Source: Peribolospora baueri (Eukaryota). Taken from it: a stretch of 39,785 bases of DNA. The position numbers were made by a program, and so were the translations under genes. The DNA is taken from positions 1-39,785 of the forward strand of contig JAMDHS010000131.1 of NCBI GenBank assembly GCA_029717555.1, given 5' to 3'. This document shows, in pieces, positions 12,012-22,415 of this stretch (its first letter is position 1; each line of letters opens with the position of its first letter). The notes beneath the pieces are model-generated. The model made no database searches and had not been told where the DNA came from. It saw only the letters and a list, made by a program, of their open reading frames with translations.

Positions 12012-12439
12012 TCGAAGAGTTGTCTTCATTACCCCCGAACCGGGATGTGTGCGTCGGACTGGGTTAGGGTGGGTTTGGAGCCGACTGTCCGAGTACGAGG
12101 CACGTCCAAGCCTTTGATTGGGGCCGACCAAGTCAACGAGTATTATACAAACGCCCGTTGAAAGAAGCAGGGGATTGCAGAGGAGGGGGGAAAGGAAGGC
12201 CGAATTGGGAGTAATCAAACCTACCTTATGGAAACATGACAAGCCCATCCACAGGTCCAGGTCGGGGGGGCAAAGGTCTAACAAAACCGATGAATTTAGC
12301 CCGCCTAACTGCCCGCCGAACCGGAACGTCCTTGAACAGTTTTCTCCGAAGTTTTCATGAGAGTCGTTTTCTTCCATCCTTGGGTAGCTTTACTCACCGA
12401 TTATAACAGAATAACGTAGTGTGCAAAGATGGGCGCCAA

Positions 12440-12486
12440 GGCCGTCCACTTTGTGGGCGCAGGTTTGAATCCTGCAGACGTCGCCA
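12440..12486 (+). pseudogene. 3' half of a class II tRNA (tRNA-Ser-like) ending in CCA; 5' half absent
   Basis: GGCCG-T-CCAC(TTT)GTGG-GC-GCAGG(TTTGAAT)CCTGC-AGACGTC-G-CCA gives a long variable arm, T arm, acceptor 3' strand and G73 discriminator. The T-loop has C56>T. No complementary 5' acceptor strand or D arm upstream and no poly-T terminator downstream. Confidence 0.65.
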
Positions 12487-12532
12487 AATAAGGTAGTGTG
12501 CATCTATGTCGAATCCAGGCGTCGCCTGTACA

Positions 12533-13480
12533 CGATACCGCTTCTGCGTTGACTTCCGCGGCCTCAACAACGCCGGTGCGAGATGTGTCGACGTATAAGA
12601 TGAAGGGCCGAGTCCATGATGCGGGCCGAGACGTGGACAGGCGCGCTCCGAGGGCCACCATTCCCCATGCGACCCTTCCCCCGCCCCGGGTTCCGCTACC
12701 GAGCCGTCCAGGGTGAGCTTGAGGAGTTCGGATTTGACCTGCAGGGCCATGGCTTCATCGCCCATGGTGAGGGCCGTCTTGAAGTTCTTGTAGAGTTGGC
12801 TCCCCACGTAGTCCGCTCGTGGCCTTTGTACATTAGGCTAGCCACGTTCCCTTTGCCCCTGGAGTCGTCGCACGTAAAACGCCAAGGAATGTGTCGAGGT
12901 CGTGGTCGTACTATTTGCCTCCGGGGGTGAAGTCCGGGGAGGAGGCGGTAAGAATGTCGAAAGCACGCGGAAGTTGGACAAGTATGTCTTGCAGCCTGTT
13001 GGACCAGCTGTGGAAACTGGTGCTGCCTGGGACTTGAGGTAACACTTGTTGGACTCTGGATTTCGCTTTTTGCTGGTTTTCCGGTGTCCTTGTCGTCGTT
13101 GTTCCCTTGTGAGCCCCTCAGAGTGGCCAGTTCCTTCTTCTGAGTAACCAGGTCCTTTTCTAACACCTGATGTTTTTGAGCATCTCTCCGAGAGAGAGAG
13201 AGCGGTAGTACCATCACTTGATGTATTGCTCATGTTGATAATGTCGATATGTTTGCTCCTTGGCGGTAGTCCGGGTCGAGGAGGATGGTTGTTGTCGTCG
13301 TAGCCCAGGTGTAGGCTTCAGACTCTTAATCATAGACAGTGTGGTGATGATGTATACTTCGTCGTGGTTATCCAGGAGTCAGTGGACCTCGTGTTGGTCT
13401 AGTTACAAAGATCTTCCTGACGTGACAGGTCACATGACATATATATTCTCTAACTAACTCTTAGTAGCAACCTCAACTTG
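12533..13480 (-). mobile_element. Degenerate, rearranged Ty3/gypsy LTR-retrotransposon relic (gag, RNase H and inverted RT fragments); boundaries approximate
   Basis: Minus: frameshifted gag-like IPWRFTCDDSRGKGNVASLMYKGHERTTW / YKNFKTALTMGDEAMALQVKSELLKLTLDGSVAE (~12890-12691) and RNase H-like WTRPFILYVDTSRTGV (12616-12569). Plus: RT motif RYRFCVDFRGLNNA (12533-12574). The region looks less GC-rich and lacks the host's SSR texture. Confidence 0.65.
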
Positions 13481-13699
13481 CGACGATCTGAGCGGGCGAC
13501 CTCAGCTTGCATGTCTGCTACGGTATACAAAATGAAGAACGTGTGCAGGGCGAAGGAGTACAGCTCGTAATGGACGAGTACAGGGCCGCGGGAGAGGGAG
13601 CGCAATGGCAGTGGAGGAAAGGACAGCTAGATGAGAACGGCAGCAGCGAGGATCCGTAGGCCGCGATAGAGAAAGTTATCATCCTTCGCTCGTCGATGC

Positions 13700-16600
13700 T
13701 CATGGGCGTAAGCCCGAGCCCATGCTCGACGCGCGCGGTAGCGAACTGGCTCTTGGTGCTGTTTGCGGTGGCGCTGCGGGCAGTCGGAACGTTACGCTTC
13801 TGGATGCGCTACTCGCGCTGGACACGGGACTCAGCAGCGAGCTGTTTTCCAATGCTGGCGCGAGGAGGACACTGTTGCTACGCGCAATAGGCGCGCGCGG
13901 TGTCGCTGATAGTCCCAAGCCTCGCGGCGAGGCGCGCGGGCCGGCGCGCATATCGCCAGCGGAGGCCAAGAGAGCTGTAGAGCGAGGCGGAACGGACGAA
14001 ATCGGCGGCACAAGTGGCGGACCAGCACGATGAGAACCAGAATGCTCTCGCTCGCGCATCTGCGCTCGACCGCTGCTGGCACTTTCGCTCCTTGCCATCC
14101 CAGCAACCGAACGTCTGGCGCTCCTGCTCGACGCTGTCCTGGCGAGGCTCCCGCTGCGCGAGAGGCTGGCGAGCGAGTCGAGGTCGAACGGATGCGCTAC
14201 TCCGGAAGTGACTGAAGTGCGGTCCGAAGCTCCAGTGCCAGGAGTGCCAGCAGAATTGCTCGAGCTCGTCGTGAACGTCGTGGTGGCCGACGACGCTGAA
14301 GGAGGTGTCGATGGGTTCCACTGTGGTTGTGCGGACCGTGCAGGTCGGGCTGGTAATCGAAGCAGAAGCGACCAAGGTCGGGTGTCAGGCAATCGAGAGG
14401 CTACATCGTCTGGCGAGGAAGATGAGACCGCAGAGGACGACGCTGGACTGCGCTGTGGTGTTCGAGGTCGGTTCGGGAAGAGAGTGGGTGGAATGGATAT
14501 CGAAGGGCTCCGCCTAACCGGTTCTGGTGACGCGTTTGAAATTGAGTTTGGTCCTGGCGAGGGAACAGAAGCGTCGGACAGCAGAACGGCGTCTGGGGTT
14601 ATCGTCCTGCCCGGCACGATATTTTCCGCTCGAACAGCAGGTGGCCGCCTAGCGGAGAGTCTACGAGGAGGAGGGACAGGACTCCTGTGTCGTCCTGATG
14701 CCGTGGAGCTGGGCCACCTGGAGGGCATGGACTCCAGAGCTGGGCTGACCATGACGCCACTGACAGACTCGGCCCAAGCTGGCCTATCGCCGGCTTCGCT
14801 TCCGGCGCGGCTCGGCGTGGGAGGGACGATAATGTCTTCTAGAGCCACATCTGCCAAGATCTCCTCCGTTTTATGAGCTCCCTGGAACGGCCTGGCTCCA
14901 TCTACCGTATGTGTTGGCGATGATCCAACCAGCTCTCCGCTCTCGTCCGACAGCAGACGAAAGCCGCCCCTGTGAGACGGTGCCGTTCCACTTTCCGAAT
15001 GATCCGCCACCGGTGTTCGAATGGCATCATTGAAACGGTTGAGGCGCCCGGAGCTTGGACCGCTGAAACGAGCGGGTGAGAGCATCGCAGAGGCACGACG
15101 GACGGAGCGGACGAACTCGGACCCCGCGACCCAACTGCGCAGGCTGAGCATATCTATACCGGAGTCGGGCCGCAGAGGACGTCGGGGACGATGTCCGCCT
15201 CCAATGTTCAATGTCTCCCAGCTCGGCAGTTCGCGCTGGAGAGCCCACTTCGGCGCTTTGGAAGGGAAGAGGAAGCGGAAAAGGGGCGCGAAAACCGCGC
15301 GCCAGGCCAAGATGGCGTCGTACTGGAAAAAGATGAAGAAAGCGAGCGAAGGCACTGCTGCGACCACAATCTGCGTTGGAAATTTTTCGGAAGCAGCCTC
15401 AGCGAGTTGAGCCCACAAAAACGACTTCGCGTACCACTCACTGTCTGTGCCCAGTAAGCTGTCTTCGACGACGGGTTGAAATAGTCCACCACCTTGATGG
15501 AGATCGGAGAAGGACAAGGTCAGCCTCCTATCGTTTGTATCCTCAGACGAGAAAGAAAGAGAGAACAGAAGGGCTCAAACAACCTACGAGCAAGGACAAG
15601 ATGATGAAGTCGGTCATAGTCATGAGCGCCAGCCTGACCAAGAAGCCCCGATCCAGATTCTGCGCTTTCTCCCAGCTGTACCGGATGCTCTCTGGTCGCA
15701 GACTGACAACACTGAATCTCTTGGGCGAGCTGATCTCCGTAGCACCACCGACGCCGGTGACGACGCCGTCCGAACCGGCTTTCTCACTCCCAGGGAGAGA
15801 TCCCGGGACGGCTGCGGGCCGTTGGCGGTGAAGTCCAGCGAAGACGCGCAAGTTAGCAAAATGAAAGTGAAGGAGGTGGTAGAAGGTCAAAGAGGAAAGT
15901 ACGACGGCGATGGACAGACTGCCTAGTATCTCCACCATCGTTGCCGTCGTGCTCCAGCTGCCTTTAAAGATGCAGTACGCCTCTTTGAACACAGCCCTGG
16001 GACCTTGTCTCCCGCCTTGGGAAGGGTCGTAGGCGATGGTCGTGCCGAGCGACCACCCCACCATTCCCGCCAAATCGAAGAGCGGAGCGGGGAGAGCCCA
16101 TACGAATGGGAAGAGGCACAGGATAGCGACCAGTCGTCGCGAGCCTTTGGACGGTACGTGCTCGCCGCTCGAGCGGTCGAACGTGCGAACCACGCGGAGC
16201 ATCTCGAACGTGAAAGAGGCGGAGAAAGCGAGTGCGACGGCGGAGGTATCTGCGGCAGTAGAGAGGACCGCATAGAGGAGCACACGGTTCAGCGAAAGGG
16301 CGTCTACACTGAGAAAGGGCGGAACCTTCGATGCGCACAAGACAAGAGAACTGCGTTGCTGATGCAAAGCTTCTCCGCAAAGGTGCCCCACTCAACGCTC
16401 GCCTGATTCGAAGAGTAGTGCTGCGAGAGAGGATGTATGTCGAGGAAAGCTGTCAACGGTGTTGGAGGAAGAGGGAACAGATATGTCAACCGTACATCAC
16501 AATTATAATAGCCAAAGGGAGAAAAGAGAACGCACGCAGCAGGGAGACGACACACTCAGCGATAATGGCGAAGATGAAGAAGGTGACGACGGGATGGCGA

Positions 16601-16893
16601 TGTAGCCGGAAGACGACAATGGTGGCAAGAAGAAGAATGTTGAGGATCAAGCCGAGAAAATTGAGAACTGGACAGGCGGTGCCGTAGATGCGAATGTCAA
16701 AGCCAACGGTGAAGGGAGGAAAACATCGAAAGTGGAAGAACAAACCTTGGCCAGGTGAGCGGTCGCTCGAGACGAACGGAGAGTCCTCCCTATGAGCATC
16801 GACAGAGCAGAAATGTAACTTACATACAAAGGCCACCCGAGGAGCAGACCAGACCGGCGCGCCCACGTTTAACGGTTGAGCCTGGTCGGCCAT
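13700..16893 (-). CDS. Orphan 7-transmembrane GPCR-like protein with a very long Ser/Pro/Arg-rich C-terminal tail; some exon boundaries approximate
   Basis: Seven hydrophobic segments across exons: PVLNFLGLILNILLLATIVVF; RHPVVTFFIFAIIAECVVSLL; KLCISNAVLLSYTSAVALAFSASFTF; LVAILCLFPFVWALP; MVEILGSLSIAVVLSSLTFY; FLVRLALMTMTDFIILSLL; IVVAAVPSLAFFIFFQ. Cys at the top of TM3 and in ECL2 (AYCIF). Confidence 0.7.
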
Positions 16894-18149
16894 TTCCTCT
16901 CCGGCGCCTTGCCGAAGCGACCCCGTTGCCACGGCCCACGGCACAAGGACGGCCGGTGGACACAATCGAGTTGGGGAGGGACGTTGGTGATGACTACGAG
17001 AGAGAGCGTGCGTTTGTCAAGCGCGAGCGCAAAGCCAAGGCCCGCTTGACCTTGTCGCGACAAGTAGGCTGGAGAAGAGAAGAAGAGATCGTGGAAGTCG
17101 AAGGAGAAAGGATCGCAGGAAAACGTCGTCTTTGGTAGACGATGGAGGAGGGAAGGGAGGGGAAAATAGAGAGAGGTAAAAAGACAGCAATATGAGTGGC
17201 AGGGAGGGCGTTTCGAAGGCGGCAGTCGCCGTCGTCAGCGGAAAGAGGCAAGGCTGATAGACAAAGGAACGGACAAGCGGACGGACGCTCGAGGTGGTGA
17301 CGGTGCAGCGTTAGTCGTACGGCCTGCGTCGCTACATGGCAAGGGGATTGGGGCGACAAGGCAACGTGTGCGAGATAACCGAGAATATACGCACGGCTCG
17401 TCCGAGAACCCGAGTGAAGACCTACTCATACGTGAACCCAGATGCGAGCGCCTCGAAGAGTTGTCTGGCAAGTGGAGTTACCTAGGTATGTCGCCAGGGC
17501 TTCCTGCCCGCGGGGACAGAACCTGCTTCAAAGCCAACAGAGCACAAAGCGGAGAGATTAGGTGGGGCCTCGGGCGACATACTGGTTAACTCGACCGGTG
17601 GACTCTTCGACCGCTACCGCCTGACTACAACCTCGTCGTCGTCTGATCTCGTCCGAGATTGGTTGTGGTGGGCCGGTTGTCATTGCAACCAACCAGGCCA
17701 GCCGGAAAGTAGGGTTGCGCGCACGGGCCATCCGACTGGTTGGGACGAACCAATCCTGCCTGCTGTCCATTCCTCCCCGTCGTCTCGACGTTCTGTGCAA
17801 GTACTTAACTCTTGCCACTTCCAGGGTTTTTTCTTTTTTTTTTTCCACTGCGTGCGCATTTAGAGAAACGCGACGGACAGGGAGAGAGACCAGACTCGTG
17901 ATGCGAAAGGAACGCAGAGCGAAACAAAAGGCCGTGACTCTATGTGATTGATCGTGTTCGGAAGGCATCATGTAGGAGGGTATGCGTGAGAAAGACGAAG
18001 AGCAAGCGATGCTCGGAGTACAAGTGTGGGTGCCCCGCGAGGCAAGTCAAAGGGAAAGAAAAAAAAGGATAAGCAAAAGAGACGGCAGGCTGAGCCTAAA
18101 ATGGTAGAAAGGGCGGATCGAGCTAGAGCACGGACGACGGCCTGCCCGT

Positions 18150-21100
18150 TCATCGATCCGTCGTCGAGGTCGTGGTTCGTCTAGCGATCTCAACCCGAAG
18201 CTCTTCCAAGCTGCGCTTCAAACTCTTGGCGTCGTCGAACTTCCTCGCCCTATTCGCCGCCTTGACATATCCCGAGACGAGACGCTCCTGCTCGAGCAGC
18301 ACCGACAACGCCGCCTCGGCCTCTTCAAGCGTCTCCCCCTCGTTCACTTTCACCCCCGCCCCCGTACCTCTGGCCCCGCCTCCGTCTCCGCCTCCGCCGG
18401 GAGACGGGTGTCCACCGCCCGAGTCAGAGGACACGTCCGACAACGTTCCTCTCCCGCTCCCTCCCTCTTCTCCACCGCCGCCTCCTTCCCGCAGAAGCGA
18501 TGCCAGGCTGCGCACCGAACCCACCGAAGCGCTCGCAGCGCGATGTTGGCCCACCTTCCTGGGACCGCCACCGGAAGAAACAGAGGTGCTGTGGTGGTGA
18601 CCGAGCAATTTGGGAAGCGACTGCAAAAAGAACATGTTCGTCTGCAGGAACAGGTTTGCGCGCGTCCAGATGGCCAACTGGACCCTCTCCTTGGCTTTGT
18701 CCCCGCCCACCCCCACTCCGCCGCCAGAGGGTGTCTCAGGCAGTAGCGAACGGATTCGACGCGCCAACGCGTCGTAGTCCGCAAAGTTGGCCAGCAGTCG
18801 CTTGCGCGCAGCGGCCGCCTCGCGCTGCAGCATGACCGATGATTGAGGCGACGAGCCGAGGGCAGCACTCGAGTCTTGCTTCCTAAGAACGTGCGCATGG
18901 AGAGGACGAGGAGGACGCACGCATATATTAGCGCCGAAACAGACAAGATTCTCCTGGAGCAAGCGAGCCCTGCTTCACGACCACACTCACTGCAGACCGA
19001 GCACCATCTCCTGAAATTCGGGAAGAGAATCCTCAATGTCCCTCTGCAGACGCATGAGCGCGTCGTACAGCTTGACGTAAGTCGGCGTCTTGTCCTCGCC
19101 TACCATGTACTGCACGCGTCTGCGAAGGAGAAAATACGTGTCAGCCTGCGCCATTGGAAAGGAAGATATAGTGGGCTAACCAAGGATCCTGGGAAGCCGA
19201 CTGGTCGAGAAAGGAGACGGGCGGCCAGCAGGGTGAAAGACTCACGAGACGGTGTTCCAACAATCTCGACAGATTCTCACTCCTTTCCTCTCTTCCTCCT
19301 TCCTAGCGTCCTCCGCTATCGGCCCTACCTTTTCACCCTTCTTCGTCTCCGCTACCGCACCTGCGCCCAAAGCAGCGCTCTGCCCCCGCTTCTCTTTCCC
19401 CTTCTCGGCAGTCGAGCCCTCCTTCGACTCCTTCGACTCCTTCGACTCCTTCAACTCCTCCACCTTCCCCGACCTGCCCTCAACAGCGGTGATGAGCAGA
19501 CTACATCGCTCCCGGGCTGGAGGCCTTGGGGTCCCCGAGCCGGTCGTAGATGGGACGAGGTCCGGTCGAGAGGCGGCGAGGAGGGAGCCGGGCGTGTTGG
19601 GGGCGTGAGAAGAAGCGCATACGACGCGACCGCAGAGGCGGCAATGGTGTTTGCGGTTTGTAAGGGAGAAAGCGGACCTGTGAAAAGAGGTAGAAAAGGA
19701 GACAACCGTCGGTTCCCGAGCAGCGTCTTTAGTTTCACCCAAAAAAACAGCGACGAGTAGTTCGGGAATTAGCCTTAAGAGAATATCGCTCACATGCAGA
19801 TCGGACATCTCGAAGCAGCCGAGTCGTCCTGCCACTTGACGATGAGCTGCTCGGCCGCTAAAGGAAGAAAAACGAAGAGGAATGTCAACACGCCATAATG
19901 GTGTTGGCGACGCACACGTCCTTCGTCCCAAACTTACATCTCTCCTCTCTCGTCCCCTTTCCCCTGATGCTCGCCCAGAAATCGCCAGGGTTCCGTCTCA
20001 GCTCCTCCAGATCGACGTCTCGCAGTCCGCTGAGCAGGGACGCAGTGCGTCCCCGCTGGTGATGTGCGGGAGACAAAGGGTAAGGATCCGCCGCGGTCGG
20101 CGTGATCGGCGATGATGGGTCAGCGGCGGTGGGAAGGGCGTGAGGGAAGTGGATGGCCATAAGCTGTAGCAGAAGGAACGATTGAATCGCGATGTGAGTG
20201 CCTATCCAGCCGCCGATCTAATCGTCATCACCAGCAAAGAAAGCACGGCAGCAGACGAGACGTCCTCAACACACCTTTTCTAGCCTCCTGGCCATCCTCC
20301 CGTCCTCTAGCCTCCTCATTTCCCCCTTTCCCCTCCTGCTCTTCACAAACTCTTCCGTCCGGACGCGGTAAGCGCCCTTAGGCTGGAAACCAGGCCTGTA
20401 AGGGGTGTTTCGGTGAGCTGCAACGGTCTCTGGCGCCGATGGGGTGCTCGTACCAGAGCTCGGGGCGGGAACAGCGAGTTGGAGAGCGGGATCGGGAGCC
20501 GGTCCGAATCCGATGTTGGCGCCTGGGTAGGAAGGGACGATGGCGCCGATTGGAGAAGGCGTGCGCCCGCCCGACCCCGCGCCAAAGGAAGGTGTGGCTG
20601 AGATGGGGCTGGCGGTGAGGGAGCTGTTAGCCGACGTTCCAGCCGAGGAAGAGGCGGTCAGAGGGAAGGGTCGGAAGGCAGAGGGAATGTGGGTACGAGA
20701 AGCGGTGGAAGAGGAGCCGAGCGTCGCCGAGCTCGGAGCAACGGCGATGCTTGCCGGCCTGTTGAGCGGGCGAGGAGAAGCGGACGCGGGACGGATATGA
20801 GCTGGTGAGAGAAGAGTAAACGTGGAAGCGGAGGTGGCGGAGAAGGACCGTTCTCGCGGATGGTGTCCGGCGACGGTATCGTCGCCGGAAGAAGCAGAAG
20901 CAGGCGGTACGGGAGTCGATGTGGACGAGACGGACGAGGTAGAGGCAGCGGAAAGCGAAGGGGAGACGGAGGTGGAGCTGGTGGCCGAGACAGATGTGGA
21001 AGCCGAAGCGGACGACAAGGTCCTATTGCCCGCCTCCCTGTCGTTCGTTCCTCCTCCAGACGACGATGGCACGGACCCGGAAGGATGGCCGTCGGCGTCG

Positions 21101-21585
21101 CCGATGGTAGGCTTGGCCCTAGCCGAAACCGTCCTCAGTGGCGGCGGCGCTCCGAGGGTCCTACTCGTCGCCGCCTGCGGTCCTTGTGTAACAGACTTGA
21201 GCCCGTTGGGAGCGCCAGCGCCCTGTCCTGGCGCTACAAACCTTCGAAAGCTGCCGGAGCTGTCCGTGCGACAGTGCATCCCCACCAACGGCGCCGTCGC
21301 AGGCGGACTGCGATGCTCTCCCGAGCCATGTTGGCCATAGCCATGCCCTACCGTATCTCCGGGCCCGTTCGCCCAAGCCGGAGAAGCGGCGGAGGCGGAG
21401 GACTGCAAGACAATCGAGTTGGGTCTACTTCCAGAGCTGGCGTAGGAAGAAGAGAGATTAGAGAGGTTGGAAGTGTTTCGAGCGTGGCGGCGCTGATAGG
21501 GCTGGTAGGATACTTGGATCGGCGCGGAGAGGGTGCCGTTGGGCCGGCCGCTGTCGTCCAAGGAAGAGGAGGAAGGCCCGGCCAT
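18150..21585 (-). CDS. PEP7: Vac1/Pep7 (rabenosyn-5-like) FYVE-domain endosomal Rab effector, ~6 exons
   Basis: YRPGFQPKGAYRVRTEEF...RRLEKL; FYVE motifs WQDD..CPIC and RKHHCRLCGRVVC...ICRDC; coiled coil; C-terminal Rab-binding hairpin LLEQERLVSGYVKAANRARKFDDAKSLKRSLEELRVEI. Introns are GT-AG. Confidence 0.82.
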
Positions 21586-22415
21586 GAGACGCAGCGAACG
21601 TCTTGGGGCGGCCTGAAAGAAGGAGAGAGAGAGAGAGAGAGCCGACGCTCTCGTAAGGGCCCGTCTGGTTGGGAAGAGAGGGATGGAGCTACGTCCGTCC
21701 AGGTCGTCCCAAATCCTCCGCACTCGCTGGACGGCACCACCGGCGCCACGCGCGTAGGGTCCGCCTATCCCCTCCCTTGTCCGCGTTCGATGCCGCAGTT
21801 ATATCACATGACCAGTGTATAGTATCGAAAGATGGGTCAAATTCTACTATTAGGGTTCGATTCCCTCAGAACTCTATAATAGATATTGTGGCTATCAGAA
21901 CGCCAGGACGAGGAGCTGAATCATGAAAAGTGCAGCGAAAAGCGACCGCATTGGACAAGCAAACCGAGGCCCATGAGATGACCAGCACGTTCGTTCGACT
22001 GTTCGACCGCTCAATTCAATCCCTTAGGAAGTCAGTGCGGACGGGGCCATTGACTCTCACGTGTCATTCAATCGTTTTTCATTACGTCGCTTCTCGGCGC
22101 CTGTCGCAGGACTCTCGCGTCGCGCGGGGAAGGAGTGTAAACGGAAGGCAAGGAGACATGACGGGACGGGGATGGGCGAGGAGGGGCGCACAAGCGGTCG
22201 GGCAAGAAGGGAAATAAGCAAAGGGGAGGGGAGGGGAGGAGGAGGAGGAGGAGGAGGAAGGAGGATCTGTGGGAATAGGATGGATGGTACAATGCAATTT
22301 GGCAGTGCAACAAGACGGTGAAGCGGGAAAGGGGGCAGGAAGGGAACTGGACATGAGACGTGACTGTGGGGGGAGGATGGGGAGTGGGGGGGAAAGGGAA
22401 AAAGGTGTCGACCCC

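Noticed and set aside
12431..12447. Alternative reading of the tRNA fragment as Leu(AAG), with stem GGGCG/CGTCC
   Set aside because: It disrupts the clean CCAC/GTGG variable arm, lacks U33, and the G73 discriminator fits Ser better. No intact tRNA results either way.
19421..19458. 9-bp tandem repeat (CCTTCGACT)
   Set aside because: Simple coding repeat (KES)n in a loop of the FYVE-domain gene.
21851..21867. T-arm-like AGGG-TTCGATT-CCCT in an AT-rich patch (possible tRNA)
   Set aside because: No matching acceptor 5' strand, D arm or anticodon arm.
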